Of a stretch of 64,000 nucleotides of DNA, positions 26,800-38,674 are shown in pieces. This DNA comes from Octopus vulgaris (lineage: Eukaryota). A program made the translations under genes and the position numbers. The DNA is taken from positions 77,686,001-77,750,000 of the forward strand of contig OX597814.1 in NCBI GenBank assembly GCA_951406725.2. The letters are read 5' to 3'. The notes beneath the pieces are model-generated. The model ran no database searches and was not told the DNA's origin. It was given only the letters and a program-made list of their open reading frames with translations. Within the stretch, counting starts at the first letter, position 1. Every line of letters starts with the position of its first letter.

Positions 26800-27572
26800 A
26801 AATACTAAAGAGTAAATTTATTCAATAAAATCGCCACTGGCTTCAACTACAGCCGCCAGACGACTTTGGAATTTCTTGCAACTCTTCTGGACAGTCACTT
26901 TGTTTAAATTGGTGAATGCTGCCATAATCCTTGCCTTCAGTTCATCTTTGGTGTTACAAGGGGCTTTGTTGGTCTCTCACTCAACTGCACCCCACATATG
27001 ATAATCAAGGGCGGGGTAGGTGCAGTCTGGTGCAGATGTTAGGGTATGATGTGGTCGCAGAAATTGTTTGACAGCCACGACTGGGTTCTCCTGCTTGTGT
27101 GACATGGTGCAGAGTCCTTTTGCAAGAAATAGGGTCTCCCAGCAGCCACCGCCTTGACCCAGAGCAGCACTACCTCCTCCAGGCACTTGATGTAGGCATC
27201 CGTGTTAAGTTACAGGCCGTGAGGGAAGATGAATATAGGCATAACGTCGCCATCGCTAGTGGTCACTCTACCATGATATTGACTAGATGTTTGATTTTTA
27301 TCACCTTCGGTACATGTTTTGGGGACACAGGAAGCCAACGGTTATTCTGTGTTTTCAGCAACTGTTTGTATTGGCGCTTGCGGCGCAAATGCCAAGATGT
27401 ATAGCATGTTGTTTTCAATTTTTTGGCAGAGTGAATTGCATCATGGAGTTTTTCTCACAGACGGTGCCCAACTGACCCTACTATACTGTGTAGTCGACAA
27501 AATCAAGAACAAACAATGAGCATGTGCAAGATTAAAAATATAAAATGGCAATAATTCACCCATCGCACCCTA
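26800..27572 (-). mobile_element. Deleted Tc1/mariner-superfamily (maT/DD37D-like) transposon
   Basis: The minus strand gives PALDYHMWGAVE and NTKDELKARIMAAF...CKKFQSRLAAVVEASGDFIE*. Its 5' end also matches a fragment at 22737-22848. Confidence 0.7.
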
Positions 27573-27929
27573 TATATATATATATATATATATATAGTGC
27601 AGTATATTTGCCACCTGAATGTGGCTAACCCTTAAGAGCTACTGTAGCTTGTAGCCCCAAGAAGACATCTCCTCCAGCTGTCTATTGACACACTGCCTGT
27701 GCCCTATCGGTATTTGCAAAGGGATGTCATCGTTCCCATCTCCAGCTTGACGTGATACAAACGTACATGAGTTTCTGGGTATTGACCCGTTATCAGCTCG
27801 TGACAACCACCGGTTGGCGATGGAAAATGATTCTCAATAAAAATATATATATACTTTTTCCAGTGACGAAAAGTCACTGATCTCCAAAAAAGTGGAAGCA
27901 ATCAATAATAAATCTCTGAGCGAGGTATA

Positions 27930-27984
27930 AACGGCTGTGTGGTAAGTAGCCGGAAACTGAAAGAAGCCCGATGTATATATACAA

Positions 27985-28034
<50 letters not shown>

Positions 28035-28320
28035 ATGTTTATGTGTCTGTCTTTGTCCTCCCACCATCGCTTGACAACCGATGTTGGTGTGTTTACGTCC
28101 CCGTAACTTAGCGGTTTGGCAAAGAGGTCGATAGAATAAGTACTAGGCTTACAAAGAATAAGTCCTGGGGGCGATTTACTCGACTAAAGATGGTGCTCCA
28201 CCATGGCCGCAGTCAAATGACTGAAACAAGTAAAAGAATAAAAGAATATATATATAATGACGGTGCCCCAGCATGACCACAGCTCGTGAGCTGAAACTAG
28301 ATAAAATGATAAAATGAAAA
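27930..28320 (+). mobile_element. SINE family A, internally deleted
   Basis: Homologous to 23168-23580. Confidence 0.8.
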
Positions 28321-28803
28321 TTATATATATATACATAATACAAAATAAGTTGATTATTGATTAAGTTGTATTCTTCCATTTTCATATTTTGTATTATGAA
28401 TTTGAGGTAAAACATTTTACCTTCGCCCATATAATACAATAAATGAATTAATTGTATCGCAATTCTTAGCATTTATGTATTAACTTTATTAGGTGCTTTA
28501 CTGGCAGTATATTGGATAATAAATTATTATTCCAGATTTACAGGTAAAATTCAGTATAATAATATTAGGCCGAATTTCGTAATATATAACTCAGTCAATG
28601 AAGAACCCGACCAAAACCATGTTGTAAGACATATACTATACAAAATACTAATCTAAAATTTTAATAATATAATATTGAACAGTAAGGTTATTACAATCAT
28701 ATAATATATAAGAGCAACTACTCAGTGAATACCATACAAAGAAACATTCATCATAAAAATATTAACCTAAAATCAAATAAAGTATAAATTGAACAATAAT
28801 ATA

Positions 28804-28847
<44 letters not shown>

Positions 28848-28852
<5 letters not shown>

Positions 28853-28993
28853 TGCAGCGTGGAAGGTGTTTATAAACCATTTAAGAAACACACAAAAGCC
28901 GCTCGATTCACTTCAACATTTAAGTATAATTAAATCGAACGGCTTTTGTGTGTTTCTTAAATGGCTTATAAACACCTTCCACGCTGCAATTGT
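28848..28993. repeat. Hairpin with arms of about 60 bp and a short loop, flanked by (TA)n
   Basis: ACAATTGCAGCGTGGAAGGTG...CACCTTCCACGCTGCAATTGT, with about 2 mismatches between the arms. Confidence 0.9.
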
Positions 28994-29130
28994 TTTCGTT
29001 TCAGCACACGATCTCAGATCAAATTACTTGCTATGCGAGTACATCTCCGTAATATATATATATATATATATAATTAGTGAATGGAAGAAATGGAGTTGAA
29101 CGAAGATTGTACAGAATTCCTTTTATTACA

Positions 29131-29210
29131 TTCTACACATGTTTCAAAGGCCACAATTTTCCAAATTCTGATTAAATAAGGATACCATATTGCAGCTTTC
29201 TCTTCAGGAA
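29131..29210 (-). ncRNA. Type-I hammerhead-ribozyme-like motif with intact core
   Basis: The minus strand reads TTC-CTGAAGA-[GAAAGCTGCAAT...ATTGTGGCCTTT]-GAAAC-ATGT-GTA-GAA, followed by AATAAA. Stem I is only 3 bp. Confidence 0.6.
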
Positions 29211-29265
29211 AAACCAGGAATTACGTTGTCAGAACAATATATATATATATATATATATATTATCA

Positions 29266-29511
29266 GCTTCGTGCCAGGGATCAACAATTATGTTAGGTAA
29301 CAATCCAATTATGCAACCCTGCGTTACCTCTGATGACCGCAGAGTTATATAATTGGATTGTTACCTAACACTCCGTTGAATCCCTGGCGCGAAACCGATT
29401 GAGAAGAACGGCCGTAATGGATATAAAATATTGTACACTTCGGATAATGTATCCACTCTATTGACAGATATACGAGTGCATTTTTTCCTGACTTATGGAC
29501 TCTTAGACGAC
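29266..29511 (+). mobile_element. Short Penelope-type repeat with an inverted 5' segment and a decayed hammerhead
   Basis: 29268-29323 is the reverse complement of 29338-29393. CTGATGA is at 29330 and GAAAC at 29391, but the cleavage triplet is lost. It is homologous to 22405-22593. Confidence 0.65.
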
Positions 29512-29513
29512 TT

Positions 29514-29635
<122 letters not shown>

Positions 29636-30331
29636 GGAAGAGAGGGGGAGAGAGAGTGGTGGGAAATTGCAATAAACACAAGTCTGTATCCTTTGCTCCT
29701 ACATACGTCCCCCATTGAAGTTGTTTGGTAACCCTGCAATGGATGTCCCAAGAGCAATTGGATGCTTAACCAGAACGGATCATCAGGGGAACAACACTCT
29801 ATTGTATTATCTTACAGAGAACTTACAACATCTAATGCAGAATTCCAAACATCTACAAGGGTGCAACGTATAGGCAAACCTCTATATTGGAAGCGCATTG
29901 GATGTTGATAGTCTACGTGAAGCTCTTAACAGTAGCAGCTGTACATTTAATTGTACACATAAGATATACTACTCACACACACATATAGATACACATATAT
30001 ACAGACATATGTATGTGCCTATATTCACACATACATACACATAGGTATACACAGGCAAATGTATGTACCGACACACACACATGATGTAATTATACAGAAC
30101 GGGAGAAACATATGGAGAATTTTACTCAGGCAACAAAAAAAATAAAATAAAAAGTAAACTAAAAGTTAAAGAAAAATGTTTTTAAGTTTCTTCGACTTAA
30201 TTACACACACACACACACACATATGCGTATGTGTTCATATATGTATACCCATTTACATATAAATGTAAAGAGAAACGGGAGAAAAAAACATACAAAAAGA
30301 GAAACTGCGAGGATATGATTTCTTTACTTAC

Positions 30332-30356
30332 AGATTTGTAGGTAAATTATCGACAT
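30332..30356 (-). CDS. First coding exon (MSIIYLQI+T) of an amino-acid-permease-like membrane protein gene
   Basis: The minus strand reads ATG TCG ATA ATT TAC CTA CAA ATC T|gtaagta, a strong donor. The phase-1 end completes TAT (Tyr) with the exon at 12624. There is an in-frame TAA upstream of the ATG. Confidence 0.7.
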
Positions 30357-31047
30357 GTCATCGGTGGCTTTGGTTTGAAAAAAATATTTAGTTTGAAAAC
30401 TTCTGCCTGCTTATTGTGCGTGTTTAAGTTATGTATGTATGCATATGTATGTACGTACATATAAAGCCCTCTTTCAGAATAAGCTAGTTTCCGTGAGTAC
30501 GTGATGTCTCGTCAGCTGTAAACACTCCTTTGTACGTGTGTGCGTGCTTGTTCTTTTTGACGTGTCGAAGTGGGAGAGGAAGCTAATGTGAATGTGTATG
30601 TGTCTGTGTTAGAGAAAGAGAGAGAGAGAGAGAGAGAGAGTGTGTGTGTGTGTGTTTGTGTGTGCGAGCGTGTTCTGTATTTATGTGAGTAGAGGAAGCT
30701 ACTGAGTATACGTGTGTGTGTGTGTGTGTGTGTGTGCGTGCGTGCGAGCGTGTTTTATGTAATGTGTGAATTGTTCTTACTTGCTTCATTTCTTTATGTA
30801 AAATCCGTAAATTTCCAAGAAAACGAGATCAACGTCGAAAAAGCCGTATTAACCACGAAAGAGCCGAAATATTGCAACATGCATCAAAGAGCCGAAATAT
30901 TGCAACATGCATGGAGAAAAGGAAGAAATGTTAATTAACACTTACTGTTGATGATGGAAATGCGAAAGAAAGAAATATAAATGACATTAATAGAAATATT
31001 GATATTTCTAAATCTCTCTAAAGGAGACTACGGCAGCGGTACTGGAC

Positions 31048-31353
31048 ATTAATAGTTATCGCGAAGCTAACATGGCAGTCCAGGAAAATAGGACGAATGC
31101 TGCCGTTGATTAGCTCCAAGAGGCCATCACCTCTAGCTCTGGGACACACAAACCTATGTCCATTATAACCCTCGAACAGGGGAGATCAGCAGCTTCCCCT
31201 TGCTGATTCAACACCACCTGTTCGAAGGTTATAATGAACACAGGTTTGTGTGTCACATAGCTAGCTAGAGGCAATGGCCTCTTGGAGCTAATCAACGGCA
31301 GCATTCGTCCTATTTTCCTGAACTGCCATATTAGCTTGGCGATAACTATTAAT
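31048..31353. mobile_element. Foldback MITE, almost entirely palindromic
   Basis: ATTAATAGTTATCGC...GCGATAACTATTAAT, with arms pairing for about 140 bp. Confidence 0.85.
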
Positions 31354-31585
31354 ATAAATTACATTAATTTCTATTAATTTTAAAGCTAAATTAAGCAAGA
31401 TCTGTGGGACTATACAACGCATTTTATGAAATTCATTAAAAAAATCGTGTTTGAAATGGTAAATTAAGCAGTATAATACTGTCTAATGGATTTTATGAAA
31501 TTCATAAAAGCAATATTATTGTTGCATTGTCACCAACAAATTTCTAATAGATATGTAGAAAATAGAGCATCCGAGGTGCCATGCA

Positions 31586-32120
31586 TGTTACGATATTTCT
31601 TCTGTAGCAAACTCTAGTGAGCTTCCTCTCTTATATTACATAAGAACGTAGCAGGTAACAGCTAATCTTAGGACTCCGTTGTGTCTACCACTCTGATTGG
31701 TTGGTATTGGCACAATTTGTCTCTTTCTCTATTGTGCGCCAATATGCAATCCAACCAATCACAACCTCCAAATAAATCACGCGAGACAGTCTTTTCCAAA
31801 GAGCATTTGAGCCTACCATCAGTTACTAAAGATCACCTCCTTCTAGTCTCAGCGTCTGTTGCTTCCCGACCTTCTAAGGTCTAACCACTGACCACATTGC
31901 AGCGATCTCCATCTTCGTCGCTACCACTGATGTCTCTAACCGACGTCGTCAACAGCATCTACACAGCACCAACACACTACACTGGCTTTAACACATCACT
32001 GTTTGTGAGCTTCTCATTAGGGTTAACAGCTAACATACAACCCATGCAGATGCATGTTGATATATGAATAAAAGTCCATCAACCACTGTCATTCAGCTTA
32101 TGTATATATACACGTAACCA
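31586..32120 (+). mobile_element. Possible solo LTR
   Basis: The ends are TGTTACG...CGTAACCA, with AATAAA near the 3' end. No convincing TSD was found. Confidence 0.35.
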
Positions 32121-32444
32121 CAATAAACGTATTCAAAGTTATCACCTTTGTTCCATGTATTTCTTTACCAGGTTCCTACCAAGCCAGATTACAGCCTTCT
32201 GAGCAGAGTCACAGTTGGAATACCACCCATCCATCTAAACCTCTTCACATGACTCCACAATCCCTCCACCGTATTCGTGTGGATTGTGGGGTCGTTGGGG
32301 TCAACAAAATTGGCACTATAATTTCTTAGTAGAATGATTTAGCAGAGTGTTATATTCCTGCCAGCAACCCGTTACAATCTTAGTTCCTGGCAGCACATGT
32401 TCATTAATTTCTTATAACAATCTTGCAGCGCTTCTGTTCAGGAC

Positions 32445-33316
32445 GTGAAATTTTTTTCCCAGAAGAGTTCAGGACCCCTGTAATGAACTCATTTGCATAC
32501 AGCCAATCAGAGCTCACCTTGACCGTGTCAAGTTAACAAAGGTTCGTATTCAAAATGGAGACTTCCGATTACCATGCGAATCTTGTATTGTATTCTCATT
32601 CAGATGCCAATATCCTCGATACTGAACACATACACTGGTTAGCGGTAAGTTTGAATTACCGAAAATCTCTAGTCAGTATGCAAACAATTGGTATGCAACC
32701 AACTGCAGCATCCAGGAAAAAGATGGTTGATAGTGGCAGAAACAGCATTGATGCTGGCAGACTGTTGAAAAGTGTGAAAGGAAAGGTACCGTTCATCTCT
32801 CACATTATGCCTAGACGCAAAGCCCAACATAACATTCGTGAACGTGTTAAAGACAACCAATTTCTTTCGTAAAACACAATCTACTAAATAAACTCAAGAC
32901 GAAGAACGGTGTTGTAAGTCGACCGATCGCCAAGTTATGCCTGATTTTAGGAGACAAGTAATTAGATAGATTTGCATCTATACCTATTATCGAATTTTGT
33001 TAGGGCCCTATATGGTAAAGTTGTGGATGGGAAAACTGAAGGAAGAGGGTGCTGAGCTAGCAACCCCCACATTACTGTTTTACAAAGTAAACAACACAAA
33101 TGACTATGCAGAGACAGCCATGGTTGAAACAAGAACAAGAACAACAAGCATTATTGAAAGAGAAAAGAAGTATGGTGATTCCTTAACCAAGTGGCCTCAT
33201 CTTATCGCCCATCACTTATACGCGCATAAATTAGTTTGATAGTTGAGCTCTGATTAGCTGTATGCAAATGAGTTCGGGAGCCGGGAACTCTCGTGGGGAA
33301 AAAAATTTTTTTTCGC
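32445..33316. mobile_element. Non-autonomous Mutator-like element inserted in the Merlin transposase
   Basis: TIRs of about 70 bp start with G. The 9-bp flanks are GTTCAGGAC/GTCCTGGAC. Removing the element and one copy restores ...IPVQ(D/N)RSAARLL. Confidence 0.65.
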
Positions 33317-33754
33317 GTCCTGGACAGGAATTAAAACACATTTCAAAGTTCCACGCTCTACCATTCCAAGTACCTACTGGCCTTCCCGGTAACGGCCGCG
33401 ATGGTACTTTTGGTGCATAAACTTGGATTTGTCAATTTCCACGACAATATCCTGTCCCCCATGTAGGACAGGATTGTCGATGCACCACAATGCACAAATG
33501 TCATGAAAGTAATTGTGCCTGTTAACAATTGCTTCCGATGCGACCCCAAACATGCTCGCGCGCACACACACACACACTCACACACAAGAACAAGTACGCG
33601 CACACACATACACATGTACACCCATTAGCTTTCTCTTCCACTTCGTCACGTCAAACAGAAGAAGCACGCACACACGTACATAGAAATGTTTCACGGAAAC
33701 TAACGAAGATAATTGAGAAGTCTGAGACTTATTCCGAAAGAAGGCCCATAGAGT

Positions 33755-33895
33755 CGCCCGCCCGCCCGCCCGCCCGCCCACCCACCCACCCACCCACCCA
33801 CCCACCCACCCACCCACCCACCTACCTACCTACCTACCTACCTACCTACCTACCTACCTACCTACCTACCTACCTACCTACCTACCTACCTACCT
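33755..33895. repeat. Graded tetranucleotide microsatellite (GCCC)n-(ACCC)n-(ACCT)n
   Basis: Read directly from the sequence. Confidence 0.95.
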
Positions 33896-36137
33896 AGTTG
33901 TTGATGTTTAAATTCTAATGAAGGAGCCTTGGATCTGGGTTAGAAACTGACTCTTTCTCTATTGGCAAGAAATCTTGAAATAAACTGAATAATGACATAC
34001 ATACACATTCTAGCGGTGGTCGTCCCTTGGGCACGTCTTGTGCATGTTAACCTTCTCCATCACTCTCTATACAACCTGTTTAGTGGCTTACTGGAACTTC
34101 GGTACCACAACTAGAATTGGAATGAATATAGGAGTGGTTTCACGTTGCCTTCTCCAAACAAGTGGAATTTGAACTCAGAATGTAGAGAGCTGGAAGATAT
34201 ACCGTAAAATATCTCTGCCGATTCTGCCACTCTCCCACTTGAAGAACAACGTGAAATGAAGTTGCTCACGAGCACAAAGCGCTCCCCGGGCCGGATTGTG
34301 AGTGCAATACCCCAACCACTAGGCTATGTATGTATGTACCAGTTGAGTACTGATAAACGATAAAAAATAACTGTATCTTCGACTACAATATCCAATGTAT
34401 TATCGCTCCTGCCCGCCTTTTTTTTTTTTTTTTGAAAATAGGTATTTGACTAGTTATAACTAGCAGGCTGAACTATTAAGTAGAGCAAATGTGGTAACCT
34501 CTTTAGACTCAGGGACAATTTTCAAGGGCAGAACTTGAATTGTAATGCATCTCTGCAGAGAAAAATAAGGATCTTCGATATAAAAATTTTATACAGAAGT
34601 AATTTATACCGAACTGACTGTTTTAGCTTTAACGAGTATCCTCTTTTTTTCCCCCTTTGTGTTTTAAGGACTTTATCAGCAAAGGGTTTGAGATTTAAAT
34701 GTGGTCGAAGGTTCATCATCTTTGAAGTAGGGGCCTACACGTCAGATAATTTTATTCGTTTATTGTTGGTTAGCTGGCTGGTTTGTTGGTTGGCCGGCCT
34801 ATTGTTTCGTTTAATTATGTGACCTTGATTTCTTTGTCTTCATTTCATATCAGCCGAAACAGGTGATCGTTATACAGTTACTCGATCTGCTAGAAGTAGC
34901 AAACAAATATACCTCGAACAGAGTACCAGGGAGAAATATTAGAAAGTGGAACACAATTTATTTCGGATCCTGGATGTAGTGATCCTATAAAAATTCAAGA
35001 AGTCTGTGAAGCCTTATTTTCATTTTATTTCTTTTTGAGATGTTTCCTGTTATGTTTTCATGAGTACTTCCGAGCTCAATGTACTGGTTGAAATGCCCTG
35101 CGCTCAATCATATCTTTCCATCATGGAAAAAAGAAAAGAAACACTGGATAGTACAAACTTCGATACACAGCTTACAGAGTAAAAAATGCTTGGATGGTCA
35201 CAGCTGGGCTGCATTTGAAGTAACATATTGCATAGTTCTGTAATAGTTATGTCTGTAGTTAAAGACCCCGTGGAGTAGGATATCAAATGCTTAAACAATA
35301 ATTGAAGGAAGGAAGTAAAGAAAAACACCCCTCCACCACCAATATATCGAATTGCATTTTTTCTTAGAGTTACAGAATTAGAGAAAACTCTCTTAATATT
35401 CTGCAGGTGATTTTATGATGTTGCTATATTGGTTTCTAATTTTGGTACGCAGCCAGCAATTTCGAGGGAGGTGGGGGTAAGTCGATTACAACGACCTCAG
35501 TACTCAACTGGTACTTATTGTAGTGGCTTCATGCAGGTATAGGATGGAGTCAATCCTCGATAGCCAAATTTCACTTAACTATTCAACAGCACTTTTCCCA
35601 ATACATTTAGTTTCTCTGTGAGTGACAGAAGTCACATTTGCCAGATGCCTTTGCTAAGCAGAATAATGTCGTTGCCACGTGACCCTTCTAACCTCTTCTC
35701 GGCCACCAAAAGCTAGAATAGAGATAACAGACCACCAACGAAATTTATTGTTCTCAACAATATGTCTATCCTTCGAGCTGGTTTTGGATAGTTATAAAAA
35801 CAAGAACTACGTAAGCCAAAGTCAGTTAGTGAGAACTGAGTCTGGCTGACCGGCTGAACAAAATGCCATCTCTGAAGGAAAAAGCACAAAGGGACAACTA
35901 TGGTAATTCACCAACGAGCAGTTGTTTCGTCCCACCACTCTCACTTTCCCTAACTCACTTTCTTTTCTCTGTAGCATTACCATATCTCTCTCTATATACT
36001 ACTATGATCGTGTACATACATATACAGGCCGAAATTAAATTTCTTTATATTGCATGCTTTACGAACTGTTTATACTATTACACTAGCCTACCCATCATGA
36101 TAGGGCATATATTAAAGTAACGGTAAATAAATATTTC

Positions 36138-36432
36138 GGATCTTTTCATTTTGAAGGCCAGATTTTCCTAGTTAACTAAAAAATTTGAAACTTCGTATAC
36201 TGGTAGAATGTGTCAAAAGAAAACATTATTGTAAACAAATCTGAAAACAAAATTGTTATTCGTAACTTAAACGTAGTTTAATTTTTACGAATTTTAACCA
36301 ATGAAATCCCAGCATTGCTGCGTTATCGATATTGATAAAGAAATATAGCAGACGCATCACACACATACACACACACACATTTGCACAAGCACATAGTAAT
36401 TAATATATAAGCGTACACACACATACAAACGG

Positions 36433-36474
<42 letters not shown>

Positions 36475-37154
36475 TAATATGTAAGCGTACACACACATAC
36501 AAACGGACATATACATATACGCACACAAGCAAAAATACACGTTCGTGTTTTGCCACTTACCGCAACAAATTTGCACAAAAGGTAAATAAACCAGAAGAGG
36601 GTGTGGGGTCAATGTTTCATCGTTTCGGGGTCGATAAATTAAGTACCAGTTACGCACAGGTGTCGAGGATTTTTTTCCCAATTTATATCACAGCTTCCGA
36701 CAAGCTGGGGGCATCCTTTTATGAAAAAATATTTCGCAAATTTTTACAATACTACTCACACTCCACGCGCAAACTCGAGACCTATTTAGGCATATTATTG
36801 TTTTGTTTTTGTTGTTTCTGGCCCTTCAAAACCATGGGAGAAGCCTTTTCGGTAAAAAAAGTAAAGAAAATATTAAAAAAATATCGTTAATATTTTTATT
36901 GGTCGACGAAATTAATCGATTTAAGAGATATAGCTGTTATTTCTAGCACATGTAGAAGACAGAAGAAGAGGTAAATAATTTGAGCTCGAATGCTGCGATT
37001 TCATTGGTTAAAATTCTTAAAATTAAACTACGTTTAAGTTACGAATTACAATTTTGTTTACAATAATGTTTTCTTTTGACACATTCTACCAGTATATGAA
37101 GTTTCAAATTGTTTAGCTAACTAGGAAAATCTGGCCTTCAAAATGAAAAGATCC
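36138..37154. mobile_element. Long-TIR MITE related to 17833-18442
   Basis: Termini are GGATCTTTTC...GAAAAGATCC with arms of about 170 bp. It shares AAACTTCG.ATACTGGTAGAATGTGTCAAAA with the first copy but has a different interior. Confidence 0.8.
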
Positions 37155-37854
37155 AATATGGATCTATTTCTTTACAACTTTGATTACTGTTCTTCTTTCA
37201 TCATACAAATGCATTACCATTACCTTATTTTATCAACACTGGAAGGATGAAAAGCAAAGTTGACCTTGGTGGAATTTGATCTCAGAATGTGAAGACATAC
37301 GCATTTCGCCCAGCGTGCTGACAATGATGTTACTATATTAATTTTAATAATCGTGAGCTAAGTTAAGGCGATGAGCTGGCAGAATCTTTTTTTAGCATGT
37401 TGAGCAAAATGTTTAGTGGCATTTCGTCCATCTTTACATTTTGAGTTCAAATTCCGTTGAGGTTGACTTTGTCTTCCATTTTGGGGGTTGATAAAATAAG
37501 TACAAGTACTAGTCGAGCACTGGGATCGATCTAATCAACTTATCCCCTCCCCCCAAAATTGCTAGCTTTGTGCTAAAATTTGGAATCAATAACATTAAGT
37601 TCTTTCTTACTTGGTGTAATTTAAAGGAGATATTTACATGATAGGCATGGCTGTGACTAATAATCTCACTCCACAACCATGTGATTTCAGGTTCAGTTCT
37701 ACAGTGCAAATGTCGGGTCAATTGATGCCACGTGAGAGAATTTAGTAGATTAAAGAAGTATATTGAAGCCCTTCGCACATATGTGAGAATGTATGTATGT
37801 ATGTGTGAAGCAATTTAGCTTGAGATTTGAAACCAAATCCACTTGCTTGTTGCT

Positions 37855-38377
37855 TGTCAAAATGAGCGGGAAATCCTCTCCACACCAGATGATTGATGGG
37901 GAAACACTTGATGTCCTAGGACCTGTGCTGGTCAAGGAAAGGTCAGTCCTTTGTTTAGGGTTTGACCTACATTACTGACCATAGTCTTTATAACAGAGAA
38001 CACTTCCTATCTCTTCCTCTTTGTGTCGGTAGACCAAGGAGCAACACACTCTTCTGCGTCAGCCATGACCAGGAGCAACACTTCCCTTCGCCCTTAGCTC
38101 GACATACGAGCAGAAGGCCACAAGAAAGACAATACCACCTTTATCTTTTATTCCTTTCTAGTTAGCACCATGCATTCCTTACTCTTTCACTCTCTACTGA
38201 CAGACAACCTTTTTTCTACACTATCAACTACTAACCAATAAGCTAACCTTTTTCTACGCTATCACTACAATTACTACTGTCTTTTTAACTACCTGTTGGG
38301 CAAACGAATAAATGTATGTAAATAATATTTCTTCCTTCTTGGTGTTGATTCTTCGATGTTTACTGGTGACTCCGACA
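37855..38377 (+). mobile_element. Possible LTR followed by a tRNA-Trp-like primer-binding site
   Basis: It starts TG, has AATAAA near 38307, and then TGGTGACTCCGAC at about 38364. No internal ORF or TSD was found. Confidence 0.3.
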
Positions 38378-38674
38378 TGGGAACCTTCAAGTGTTACATC
38401 TACACGCTACATTTAGTAGTGGGCTACATCATATCGATGTGATTTAAGGATCTCATATTAAGCCCGCTACATAGTATATGCACGCGTGCATATATTTTAG
38501 CGCTTGACAGCTAGTGCTGGTGTGTTTACATACTCATAACTTAGTGGTTTGGTAAAAAGGAACCGATAGAATAAATACGAGACTTAAAAATTAGAACTGG
38601 GGTTGATTTCATCGACAAAGCTATTTAAGGTAGTACCCCAGTATGGCCAAGGTTCAATGATCCACACACACATT

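Larger units (their letters stand above)
30465..33745 (-). mobile_element. Merlin (IS1016/IS1595-like) transposon relic with nested insertions
   Basis: Long imperfect inverted ends (GCC.TCTTTC.GAATAAG...TAGTTTCCGTG...GTACGTGTGTGCGTGC). Transposase pieces are GGQDIVVEIDKSKF..KYHRGR...VERG (33330-33540) and NRSAARLL...VLPGTKIV...NFVDP..IHTNTVEGLWSHVKR (32230-32440). Confidence 0.8.

Noticed and set aside
29710-29792. Minus-strand CTGATGA with a potential TCCC/GGGA stem I
   Set aside because: GAAA and stem III are not recognisable.
29827-29881. Alternative upstream exon reading ...CLEFCIRC+T with a gtaagt donor
   Set aside because: The phase fits, but there is no in-frame ATG and only weak acceptors. 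30332-30356 fits better, though this one cannot be fully excluded.
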